From an uncultured Chloroflexia bacterium (GTDB lineage Bacteria; Chloroflexota; Anaerolineae; Anaerolineales; UBA4823): a DNA stretch of 64,000 nt. The stretch covers positions 2,689,592 through 2,753,591 of the forward strand of contig CAWGZV010000002.1 in assembly GCA_963827155.1 (NCBI GenBank), given 5' to 3'. A program made the translations under genes and the position numbers. Below the pieces are notes generated by a model. The model saw only the letters and a list, made by a program, of their open reading frames with translations. It was not told the origin of the DNA and ran no database searches. Below are positions 54,426 to 64,000 of this stretch, in pieces (positions within the stretch are counted from its first letter, which is position 1; each line of letters starts with the position of its first letter).

Positions 54426-55943
54426 ATGACCCACATCGCTCGTTCTTCATTGATCATTGCCTTGTTTTTTGGCATCGATAAAATCTTGGGTTTGTTCGCC
54501 AGGTGCTGATCGCCCGCCAGTTTGGCCTGACCTATGAAATCGATGTTTTCAACGCGGCAAACAATATCCCGGATCTGCTTTCTGCGCTGATCTCAGGGGG
54601 GCATTGGGTGTGGCGCTGATCCCGGTGCTTTCCGAAGCCCTCCAGCAGCACGGCCGCCCGGCGGTCATGGGAGATCTTTTCCCGGACCTTAAACCTCGCT
54701 TTTATTGTCACTGGGCTGATCTCCGTCCTGATCATCGTTTTTGCCGCCCACTTATCCGTTATGTGATCGCGCCAGGTTTCCCAGATGCGCAGCAGGAGCT
54801 TACCGACCAGCTGATGCAGACTGGATTTGCTGGCGATCCTGATCTTTTCCATCAGCGGACTGGTGATGGCTGGGCTGCAGGCGAACCAGCATTTCTTGCT
54901 GCCGGCGATGGCGCCGGCTCTTTTATAACCTCGGGCAGATTTTCGGTGTCGCGGTACTGGCTCCGGAGACGGGACTGCAGATTGGACCAATCCAGCTGCC
55001 GGCATATGGTTTTGGGAATTTACGGGTTGGTCTACGGGGTGATCCTGGGAGCAGTGCTCCACCTGGCAATCCAGGTGCCAGGTTTGATCTGGTACAAATT
55101 CCGCTGGACGCCGGCGATTGGTATGAGAGATCCAGGGCTGATGAAGGTGCTGAGAATGTTGGGGCCGCGGGTGGCAACGATGTTCTTCCTTCAAATTTTC
55201 TTCATCGCCCGGGACAACCTGGCTTCCCGCCTTGGTGAAGGTACGGTGACCGCGCTGAACTATGGCTGGTTTATCATGCAGGTGCCAGAGACGCTGATCG
55301 GCTCGGCCCTGGCGATTGCCCTGCTGCCCACCTTATCCGAGATCTTTTCCAGCGGAAAGGGAGATGATTCCAGGAAACCATCCGGCGAAGCGGTCTCGAT
55401 TCCTGGCGCTAACCATCCCAGTCGGAGCGATCATCGCTATAGGTCTCGAGCCTTTGATCCCGATCCTGTTTGGTTTCGATGCTGCTGGCAGCCAGCTGGT
55501 CTTATGGGCGACGCGGCTTATTTGCTGGGTTTGTAGCGGGCATGCCCTGCTCGAAACTGCATCCCGGTCGTTACTATGCCCAACAGGATGCACGGACACC
55601 GCTTTATCTTGCAGCCCTGAACGCTGCGGTCTATGTTGCAGCCGCGGTGAATTTCTCGGGAAGGCTTGGGGCGGTGGGGATTGCACTTGCGAATTCATTT
55701 GCGTTCACTTTGGAGGCGGTTCTGCTGTTGATCATCCTGCAAAGGCGCTTTCCTGGGGTTCTAGCGGTCCGGGGCTCGCTGATTCGGGCTCTGGCAGGCG
55801 GGCTTGCAGGAGCGGCACTTACTTATATTATTATCCAGGCGCCTTTGCCTTCGCTGGTAGCTTCCCTGGGAGCAATGGCAGCCGGTGGATTGTTGGCGCT
55901 ACCATTCATTTTTCCTGAAATCAGGATATTATTGAAACTATGA
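54426..55943 (+). pseudogene. murJ: Lipid II flippase MurJ, broken by about 12 frameshifts
   Basis: Recognisable MurJ segments appear alternately in all three + frames. Examples: MTHIARSSLIIALFFGIDKILG / FVRQVLIARQFGLTYEIDVFNAANNIPDLLSALISGG / ALGVALIPVLSEALQQ / WEIFSRTLNLAFIVTGLISVLIIVFAAHL / IAPGFPDAQQELTDQLM / LDLLAILIFSISGLVMAGLQANQHFLLPAMAPAL / YNLGQIFGVAVLAPETGLQ / IYGLVYGVILGAVLHLAIQVPGL...ALLPTLSE / FLALTIPVGAIIAIGLEPLIPILFGF / YYAQQDARTPLYLAALNAAVYV... Confidence 0.8.
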
Positions 55944-57941
55944 ATTGGCCTTATTTGCACCGAAAGATCTATGCGCTTCGCAGGGTCGCCGGAATGGCGA
56001 CCGATAGGAAAACTGGCAAACTCACCAATTTCTTGATCTGCTGCGTTCTGATCTTTGCCAGCAGCAACGCTGCACCCTGGACCAACGGGCATGTCCGAGC
56101 TACGAAATTTAACCCAAGCTTGAAAATTGATCCATGGGTCACGGCATCTGCTGAGAACGGTGATACTGATTTCCTGGTCTTCCTGGCTGAGCAGGCTGAC
56201 CTGAGCCAGGCCGGGAAACTTGAAACCAAGCTCGAGAAAGGGGAATATGTATTCAAACAGCTGACCGAGACAGCCCGGCGTACCCAACGACCACTATTTA
56301 ACAAGCTTGAAGAGCTATGCTGCCTCAGATCATGAAGTTGAATTCCGTTCATTTTGGGTAGTCAACGCGATCTGGGTGCATGGCGGCGCCGATCTCATCC
56401 AGCAGCTTGCTGATCTCCCAGATGTGGGTTACATTTATGCTAACCCCAGCGTTAAACTGGAAATTTCTGAGCAAGGCTCTCACCTTTCGACACCGCAACA
56501 ATCGGATACGGTGGAATGGAACATCCAGAAGGTGCGCGCCCCAATGGTCTGGGATGCCGGGTACACCGGGCAGGGCGTGGTGGTCGCCGGTCAGGACACC
56601 GGATATGACTGGGACCATCCGGCGCTCAAAGGGAAGTATCGGGGCTGGGACGGAGCCACGGTTGAACACAACTATAACTGGCACGACGCGATCCACACTG
56701 ATGATCCGCACACGGCGGTAGGAAACCCTTGCGGATTTAACTCCCCCGTTCCCTGTGATGACAATTCACACGGCACGCATACAATGGGGACAATGGTTGG
56801 GGACGACGGCACGGGCAACCAGGTTGGAATGGCGCCTGGTGCTCGCTGGGTTGGGTGCCGCAACATGGAGCAGGGTTGGGGAACTCCGGCGACCTATATC
56901 GAATGCTTCGAGTGGTTCATCGCACCGACTGACCTGAATGGGAACAACCCAAAACCAAGCCTCGCCCCTGATGTGATCAACAATTCATGGCGATGTCCAA
57001 CCAGTGAAGGGTGCACGGATCCAAATATTTTGAAGGCTGCGGTAGAAAATGTGCGCGCAGCCGGGATCCTGACCGTGCAATCTGCCGGTAACAGCGGATC
57101 AGCGTGCGGTTCAATTAACTCACCGGCGGGTATTTACGACGCATCGTTTACTATCGGCAACACCGACAGCAACGATATTATCGCGACAAACAGCAGCCGG
57201 GGACCGGTGACAGTCGACGGCAGCAACCGGATGAAACCAGACGTCAGCGCTCCTGGGACCAACATCAGGTCAAGCGTCCCAAATGCATCCTTTCCGAACT
57301 CTTACAGCTATATGTCTGGAACCAGCATGGCGGCGCCACATGCCGCCGGACTGACGGCTTTGCTGCTCTCGGTCCGTCCTGATTTGCGAGGTGATCCAGA
57401 CGCGCTTGAAGCGCTGATCCGTTTCAGCGCAGTCCCACGGACAACCAACCAGGAGTGCGGCGGCGTCCCGGGGAGTAAGGTACCGAACAACACTTACGGC
57501 TGGGGGCGGATCGACGCCTGGAACCTATACAATATGGTCACCTTGCAGATTTCAAAGTCCGCGGCGCCCTCTGCTTACAATCCAAAGGATCAAATAACCT
57601 TCACCCTTACCGTCACAAACACAAACGTGATTTCGCCCACTTTCAATGTGGTGATTACGGACGTGATCCCGGCGGGCACACAGTTCATCACTGCCACTCT
57701 GCCGCACACCCGGACCGGGGAGGCGGTCGTCTGGGGGGTGCCGACGCTGGACGCTAATCAGAGCACAGCAGTAAAGCTGGTCGTCGAGGTCAACGATCCT
57801 GCCCCAGCCTCGATTGTAAATATGGACTATTCTGCAATCAGCGACGACAAAGCGAACACATCAGGCAACCCGCTCCACCTGTACCGGATCATTAATTATT
57901 ATTTTCCTTTGATTATCGAGCTATCAGATCCAGTGAACTGA
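55940..57941 (+). pseudogene. Secreted subtilisin-like S8 serine peptidase (propeptide + catalytic + C-terminal repeat domain), with one frameshift near the propeptide junction
   Basis: ORF 55940-56335 carries the signal and an I9-like propeptide (DFLVFLAEQADLSQA..KGEYVFKQL) and ends ..NKLEELCCLRS*. ORF 56307-57941 continues ..SDHEVEFRSFWVVNAIWV.. with catalytic residues D (VVAGQDTGYD), H (HGTHTMG) and S (GTSMAAPH). Confidence 0.8.
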
Positions 57942-57999
57942 AACCAACCAAAAGATCTTAGCCAGGGGTGAACCAGAAGATCCCAGGTTGCCTGTCTGC

Positions 58000-60219
58000 C
58001 TAATCTTTTTGGTGGAGAAGGCGTGAAGAGTTGGCGAGGATGCCCAGATCGGGGATGGATTGGGCAGCAGCAGCAAGAACTGGTGGGAGATAACCCAGAG
58101 CAGCCAATGTCAACCCAACCAAATTGTAAACCGCAGTAAATCCAATATTCATTTTGACAACCCCCATCGTCCGGCGAGCGATGCGGATGACTGCAGGCAC
58201 CAGGTACCAATCTTCGCGCATCAAAACGATATGCGCCGCTTCAACAGCAAGGTCGCTTCCGGATCCTGCTGTGCTCCTCAACGCGATCCCGACATCCGCC
58301 TGGGCAAGGGCGGGAGCGTCATTCACCCCATCGCCGATCATCGCTACCACAAAGCCTTGTTCCTGATATTCACGCACAAACCTGATCTTGTCCTCTGGCA
58401 GGAGGTCGGCGTGGAGGCGAATATCCAGGTCGCCGCCAAGCGCATGGAGGAGAACCTGGGCAGTCTGCTGGTTATCGCCGGTGAGGATTTCTATCCTTTC
58501 TATACCGAGCAGGCGCACCTGGCGCAAAGCATCAGGCACTTCAGGACGCAGAGTATCTGCAGCGCTAAAATACCCGACCAGTTCATCGTCCAGAGCAACA
58601 TAGAGGAGCGAATGTCCGGTCTTGCCAGCTTCCTGCTTCATCCCGACCATCAAGCTCGGATCTGTGACGGTACTATTGACCAGTTTTTCATTCCCGACCA
58701 TCACGGAGCGACCATCCACCACGGCGCGCACCCCGAATCCGGGATGCGATTCGAAAGCCTTTGGCTCCGCCAAATCCAACCCTGCCGTGTGGGCTGCTTC
58801 GCGGAGCGCTGCTGCCAGGGGATGCTCAGAATAACGCTCCGCTGAGGCCGCAAGGCGCAAGACCTCCAAAGCTGCCGTACTTCTGAGACCTTCCTGATTT
58901 TCACTCGATGCAGTTCGCGTGTCCGTGGCTGGAAAAGCAAAATTTAATCCAGGTATAAAGGAAGAGCCGCCAGATGCCGAACGGAAGCTCTTGACTTCCG
59001 GCTTGCCTAAAGTCAGCGTGCCGGTCTTATCAATCAGAAGGACGTCTGCCTTTGCGAGGGTTTCCAGGTATTTGCCGCCTTTGACCATCAAGCCGCGCTG
59101 CGCCCCGGCGCCAATCGATGCCAGCATAGCGATCGGCGTCGCCAAGGCAAATGAGCACGAGCAGGCTACCACCAAAACAGCAGCGGTGGCGAGCGGATCT
59201 CGTCGGACCAGGTAAGTCAGAAAGGCGATGGCAGCAACTACCGGAAGATAATAAGCGCTGAATTTATCCGCGATGCGCTGTACGTTGGCGCGGTGCGCTT
59301 CGGCTTCTTCCACCAGCTTGATCATCCGACCAAAGGTCGTCTGCGCACCAACTCCTTCCACCTGCAGTCGAAAACTGCCCTGAATGAGCAGGGTCGAAGC
59401 ATACACATGCCGTCCTGGCCCAGCGTCCACCGGGAGCGACTCGCCGGTGATCGAAGCTTGATTGACCACCCCCTGACCGGAGAGGACGAAACCATCCACC
59501 GGGATCTTCTCGCCAGGACGCACAATCACGATCTGACCGGGTGAGACCTGGTCGATTGGGACTTCAAGCTCGCCATCTTCCCGCTCCAAACGGGCATTCC
59601 GAGGCGCAAGACTGGCGAGGTCTCTTACCGCCTGGCGGGCACGTTCTGTGGTGAAATGCTCAACATAATCACCAATCCGCATAAAGAAGACGACCATAAC
59701 AGCAGTTCCCCACTCTCCGACCAGCAGGGCTGCGATTACCCCTACTGTCATCAAGGTATGGGAGATCACCTGGCCTCGGAAGGCCGCCTTGATCACATTT
59801 AGAAAAACCGGGTAACCTGCGATCAGGACGATAACCACGCCGATGGGCATAGGGATGCGGCTTGTGATCTCTTCAAATAATCCAAGCCATTCCCCTACGA
59901 CCACCACAAAGAGGACGAGTCCAAAAACCACCCCCAATAATCTCAGGATTGAACGGGTAAAGGGATCTGCTTCGGGCTGAGGCAACTCGGTCTCTAAATC
60001 AGGTACCTGGTAACCGGCTTGCTTCACCGCCTTCCGGATATCTGTCAGGTTGACAACTTCCGGATCAAGGCGAATGAAGGCCTTCTCCGAGGTTAAAAAT
60101 ACCTCAACATTTTGCACACCTGGGAGCGCAGAAATCGCCTTCTGGACATGCTGGGTACATTCTGCACAGTCCATACCAGCCACTGGTACTTCGATAGTTT
60201 CTAAATGGAGCGACGACAT
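58000..60219 (-). CDS. Heavy-metal P1B-type ATPase with atypical transmembrane metal-site motifs
   Basis: HMA domain GMDCAEC. DKTGTLT, GDGVNDAPAL. TM motif VVACSCSFALATP (CSC where CPC/CPx is expected). ATG at 60219 (MSSLHLETIEVPV..). Confidence 0.8.
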   Translation of the reverse strand: MSSLHLETIEVPVAGMDCAECTQHVQKAISALPGVQNVEVFLTSEKAFIRLDPEVVNLTDIRKAVKQAGYQVPDLETELPQPEADPFTRSILRLLGVVFGLVLFVVVVGEWLGLFEEITSRIPMPIGVVIVLIAGYPVFLNVIKAAFRGQVISHTLMTVGVIAALLVGEWGTAVMVVFFMRIGDYVEHFTTERARQAVRDLASLAPRNARLEREDGELEVPIDQVSPGQIVIVRPGEKIPVDGFVLSGQGVVNQASITGESLPVDAGPGRHVYASTLLIQGSFRLQVEGVGAQTTFGRMIKLVEEAEAHRANVQRIADKFSAYYLPVVAAIAFLTYLVRRDPLATAAVLVVACSCSFALATPIAMLASIGAGAQRGLMVKGGKYLETLAKADVLLIDKTGTLTLGKPEVKSFRSASGGSSFIPGLNFAFPATDTRTASSENQEGLRSTAALEVLRLAASAERYSEHPLAAALREAAHTAGLDLAEPKAFESHPGFGVRAVVDGRSVMVGNEKLVNSTVTDPSLMVGMKQEAGKTGHSLLYVALDDELVGYFSAADTLRPEVPDALRQVRLLGIERIEILTGDNQQTAQVLLHALGGDLDIRLHADLLPEDKIRFVREYQEQGFVVAMIGDGVNDAPALAQADVGIALRSTAGSGSDLAVEAAHIVLMREDWYLVPAVIRIARRTMGVVKMNIGFTAVYNLVGLTLAALGYLPPVLAAAAQSIPDLGILANSSRLLHQKD

Positions 60220-60363
60220 TTCACCTAGATCCCAAATTATGAACAACAAAGAACCATTAAGTTAAATTGATGAGATATTATATCCAATTCATAACCTTTT
60301 ACATATATTCAGAATTCAGCGGGATATCAAGCAGGATTCTGTAAACATCGCGAGATATTTTCT

Positions 60364-60400
60364 AAAAAAGAAGAAGGGTCCTCATAATCTCGGACCCTTC
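60364..60400 (-). terminator. Intrinsic terminator after the ABC permease operon
   Basis: Minus strand: GAAGGGTCC-GAGATTATGA-GGACCCTTC, followed by TTCTTTTTT. Confidence 0.75.
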
Positions 60401-60426
60401 CGGAGGAACAAGCAGAATAATCTCTC

Positions 60427-61702
60427 TCAGCCTTCTTTTTCGTACGGTATGCCATCCGCTGCCGGGATATGCGTTCGTCCAACCACGCCCGCAAGCACGA
60501 TCATGGTGACTATATACGGCGCCATCAAGAGGAATTGGGAAGGGATTGGGATTCTGAGGATTGCCAGCTTGGAAGCAAGCGAATCGGTGAAGCCGAAGAG
60601 CAAGCCAGCCCCAAACGCGCCGAATGGATTGTAGTTGCCGAAGATCATCGCTGCCAAGGATATAAAGCCGCGCCCAGCGGTCATCACTTCGTCAAAGCGA
60701 CCAACCGAACCCAGGGTAAAGTAACCTCCGGCAAACCCCGCAACCATTGACCCAAGGATCACCGAGAAATAGCGAGTGCGGAACACATTGATCCCAAGGG
60801 TATCAGCGGCGCGTGGGTGCTCGCCAACCGAGCGCAGACGCAATCCCCAGCGGGTAAAAAACAGGCCGAAGTGGATCAATATCATGAACAAAAACATCGC
60901 ATAAACGAACATATTGTTATCGAACAGAATCGGACCGATAAAGGGAATATTCGACAGCACCGGGATCTCAATTGGTGGGAAAATACCCGGATTGTTCAAA
61001 TTCTGGTTGCTCTGCATAAATTTCGCCGAAATGTAAGAAGTAATCCCAGTGGCAAAAATATTAATCGCAGTACCCGAGATTATTTGATTGGTCTTATACG
61101 TGACGGATAGGACCGCATGAACCAGACCCAACAAAGCGCTGGAAAAAACTGCTGCAAACAACCCGATCCACAAATTGCCAGAAATACTGCCAACCAGGGC
61201 GCCAGTCATCGCCCCCATCAGCATCATCCCTTCGATCGCGATATTGACAACCCCACCGCGCTCGCAGAGAATGCCGGCTAATGCTCCGAGGGTCAACGGG
61301 ACTGCTTTTTGAAGAGTGGTGTTAACCAGTCCGGCGAGGTTGAGCGATTTCCCGGCCGCAGCCCAGGTCAGAAACGCAAAGACAAAGAGGGCTGAAACGA
61401 TCCCAAGCACCAGATTGGTGCGCTTCTTAAAACCCTGTGGGAGCGCAAGCTGGAAGATTCCGAGCACGAGACAGGTGACGCCCAAAATGTTCAGGGTGAG
61501 TTTGGTCGGCAGGACAAGATCATCGATGGTTGCCTTAGAGCCGCCCACAGTCATCCCAAATTTTGTGGTCGTGTCAGGATCCATCTCCAGGGCGAAGAAC
61601 CACAAAATGGTTATTCCCGCTGGCGAGAAAGAGGATGCCCATCACCATTTTTCGAGTTGGAGAGACGATTTCTACTTCACGTTTCAGGACTGTGGTGGTC
61701 AT
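60427..61702 (-). pseudogene. ABC transporter permease (BPD_transp_2 family, nucleoside/simple-sugar type) with a frameshift near the 5' end
   Basis: The ATG at 61702 gives MTTTVLKREVEIVSPTRKMVMGILFLASG.., which runs into a stop. The next frame continues ITILWFFALEMDPDTTTKFG.. (track ORF 60427-61605). The junction is at about 61610-61625. Confidence 0.7.
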
Positions 61703-61703
61703 C

Positions 61704-63015
61704 TCAATCACCTCCCCAAGTGCCAGCGAAGCCGCCTTGATCTGCCTCGGTTGGAATCTTTATCCGATAGATCGTACGGATGATCGCCGGTGCAGCGATG
61801 AAGACCAGGATAAAGGCTTGCAGTACAGAAATGATATCGATGGGTATATCGGCTTTGAGCTGCATAGCCGTTGCTCCATTTCGGAGGGCGCCGAACAGTA
61901 ATGCGGATAACACGACCCCCAATGGATGGCTTTTCCCGAGCAAGGCAATCGCGATGCTGTCAAAACCGTACCCCGAAGAGAACGCCATCGCCAGATTGTA
62001 GTTCACGCCGAGGACTTCATTTGCGCCTGCCATACCCGCCAGCCCGCCGGACAGCGACATGGCGAGCATGATCATGAACGGCACACTCATCCCGGCATAT
62101 TTTGCGGCACGCGGGTTAGAGCCGACCGCCCGCAGATCAAAACCCCATTTCGTCTTGAACAGGAACCAGTACACCAGCCAGGCGAAGAACAAGGCAATGA
62201 AGAAGCCCAGGTGGAAGCGGATCGGATCGTCGAAGAATCGATAGAGCCTGGCTGAATTGGCGATCGATGGGCTGACCGGATTGGGCGATCCCGGACGTTT
62301 CATCGGACCGGTCAGCAACCAATCGCTCAACCGGAAGGCGATGTAGTTCATCATGATGGTGTTTATGACTTCATGACCACCGGTTTTCGCTTTCAGCCAG
62401 CCAGGGATGAAGCCCCAGATCGCCCCGCCCAACGCGCCCTCCAAGGAAGGCAAACGGAACATGCAGGATCGCTGGCAGATTTGTAAATGAGTATCCAACA
62501 AACGCACCAAAGATCGCACCCATGAAGATCTGACCTTCGGCACCGATATTGAACAAACCCGCTCTGAAGCCCAATGCAACCCCCAGACCCCCAAAGATGT
62601 AGGGAGTTGAAGCAACGAGGCTTTCAAAAAATGGATAAAAAGCTTTACGAATTTGCTCCGGGATCCCCGCTCTGCAAAGCTGCGATCATCCTTGCAGGGC
62701 TGCCAAATGCGCCTGTGAAAAGGGCTTTATATGCCTCCGCGACGACATTCAATCCCGCTCTGATCCCCGTTAGCGGGGAAATTTGCCAGCCGAGGTAAAA
62801 TTCCGGGCTGGTGAGCATAATGATTAACCCACCAAGGATCAAACCGGTGAAAATCGCCAGGACCGGTACTGCGAGGAGCTGGAGGATTCGCTTAAGCGTC
62901 CAGTATGTTTTGGGGCTTGGCCTGTGGCTTCCTTTAAGAACTCTTCCTGGAAGACATCAGAAGTCTTATTTTCTTTTTGTTTTGCTTTATTGTTACTATT
63001 TTCCACGCCACTCAT
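61704..63015 (-). pseudogene. ABC transporter permease (BPD_transp_2 family), split by about 3 frameshifts
   Basis: Segments: MSGVENSNNKAKQKENK.. (ATG 63015) / YWTLKRILQLLAVPVLAIFTGLILGGLIIMLTSP..FTGAFGSP.. / EQIRKAFYPFFESLVASTPYIFGGLGVALGFRAGLFNIGAEGQIFMGA.. / ALGGAIWGFIPGWLKAKTGGHEVINTIMMNYIA... Junctions lie at about 62900, 62658-62668 and 62440-62452. Confidence 0.7.
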
Positions 63016-63045
63016 CGATTGACGTCCTTTTGTAATGAAACAGGT

Positions 63046-64000
63046 TCAAACAGTGTCTGATTGAACGCCTGCCATCAATAGACCAACGCCTTCTTTTGTG
63101 GCTTTTTCTGCAGGCAAAATATCCACGATCTTGCCGCGATACATCACCGCAATCCGGTCTGCGAGCGCCATGACCTCATCAAGCTCTGATGAAACCAGTA
63201 GTACGGCGCAGCCTTCGTCTCTCTTCTGGACAATGCGTCTGTGAATATACTCCACCGATCCGACATCCAGCCCGCGAGTGGGTTGGGAAGCAATCAGGAG
63301 CTTGATGGGACGAGAAAATTCACGAGCCACGATCACTTTCTGCTGATTTCCACCGGATAAATCTCCAGCCGAAACCAGCTCGCTCGGCGTGCGGATATCA
63401 AATTCCTTGACCAGGGTCCTGGCATGCTCAAGAATTGAATTCTTGTTCAAGACAACACCTTTGGTAAAAGGCGGCTGGTAATAGGTATTTAAGATCAGGT
63501 TATCGGCAATTGGGAATGCGAGGATCAAACCATCTCGCTGGCGGTCTTCTGGTACGTGGGCGCTCCCCAGTTCGGTAATTTTGCGCGGGGTGGCTTTGGT
63601 TATCGGCTCACCCAGCAGGGAGACCACTCCAGACTGAGCCATTCGCAAGCCGGTAAGCGCTTCAACAAGCTCCGTCTGCCCATTCCCTTGCACCCCAGCG
63701 ATGCCCAAAATTTCGCCGGCGAGCACTTCGAAAGAAATTCCATCCACCGTGACCTGTTTGCGCTCATCCAGGACGACCAGGTCTTCAACCTTCAAAACAG
63801 GCTCACCTGCGACAGCCGGTTCTTTATCGACTGATAGATCCACAGCACGCCCAACCATCATTTCGGCGAGCTTGTTTTGATCCGCTTCTGCTGGCAGCGT
63901 CGATCCAATCACCTTACCGCGGCGGATGACTGTGATCCGATCCGATACATCGAGAACTTCGCGTAATTTGTGGGTGATAAAGATGATCGATTTTCCGCGC
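63046..64000 (-). CDS. ABC transporter ATP-binding protein (tandem-cassette sugar/nucleoside type); 5' part lies beyond the window
   Basis: The frame stays open to the window edge (..GKSIIFITHKLREVLDVSDRITVIRRGKVIGSTLPAE..). Second cassette: GIAGVQGNGQTEL, LSGGNQQKV, LLIASQPTRGLD. Confidence 0.8.
   Translation of the reverse strand, partial: RGKSIIFITHKLREVLDVSDRITVIRRGKVIGSTLPAEADQNKLAEMMVGRAVDLSVDKEPAVAGEPVLKVEDLVVLDERKQVTVDGISFEVLAGEILGIAGVQGNGQTELVEALTGLRMAQSGVVSLLGEPITKATPRKITELGSAHVPEDRQRDGLILAFPIADNLILNTYYQPPFTKGVVLNKNSILEHARTLVKEFDIRTPSELVSAGDLSGGNQQKVIVAREFSRPIKLLIASQPTRGLDVGSVEYIHRRIVQKRDEGCAVLLVSSELDEVMALADRIAVMYRGKIVDILPAEKATKEGVGLLMAGVQSDTV

Noticed and set aside
54532-55194. 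220-aa minus-strand ORF overlapping murJ
   Set aside because: The composition is His/Pro/Arg-rich nonsense, and the plus strand carries recognisable MurJ segments. This is a shadow ORF.

Overview
The window is a 64-kb chromosomal segment with moderately high GC. Gene content is reminiscent of Chloroflexota/Anaerolineae-type genomes, but that is a low-confidence guess. I support about 55 protein-coding genes, two tRNA-Ser genes, one cobalamin riboswitch and several terminators and operator-like palindromes. I found no transposase, integrase, prophage, CRISPR array or recognisable defence system.

Functional blocks in order:
- 1-8.8 kb: modA fragment, then a surface-polysaccharide modification cluster with two pyruvyl transferases, a GT4 glycosyltransferase, a flippase-like membrane protein, a LarA-type racemase homologue and a large polytopic membrane protein.
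- 9-12.9 kb: MATE exporter, then cytochrome b plus a multihaem cytochrome c with no Rieske gene.
- 12.9-20.3 kb: proline dehydrogenase, then rpoN, a soluble PAS/GAF histidine kinase and a sigma-54 activator that lacks a DNA-binding domain. Two consensus -24/-12 promoters precede rpoN. A secreted repeat lipoprotein follows.
- 20.5-28.8 kb: B12 riboswitch, btuFCD-like importer, and cobO-cobT-cobS-cobC-cobQ-cobU.
- 29-35.1 kb: ferredoxin and a composite arsenic island (arsM fusion, arsR, arsC, acr3, thioredoxin-like protein, permease, second arsR).
- 35.3-43.7 kb: AlkD-like protein, xth, mprF, methyltransferase, desaturase and an ABC-F ATPase.
- 44-47.8 kb: small secreted protein, UDG-like protein, methyltransferase, TPR protein, sortase and tRNA-Ser.
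- 47.9-54.3 kb: hypA-B-F-C-D-E with no hydrogenase structural genes, then a second tRNA-Ser.
- 54.4-64 kb: a badly fragmented murJ, an S8 peptidase, an atypical P1B ATPase, and an ABC importer (two permeases plus an ATPase).

The main caveat is frameshifts. At least about 25 reading-frame breaks interrupt otherwise well-conserved genes. Those I could localise sit at short homopolymers or simple repeats. They are strongly clustered, with about 12 in murJ alone, while many 1.5-2.7 kb genes are intact. I cannot tell sequencing or consensus error from real pseudogenisation, so every pseudogene call is conditional.

The most interesting candidate is the apparently self-contained, possibly autoregulated sigma-54 module.
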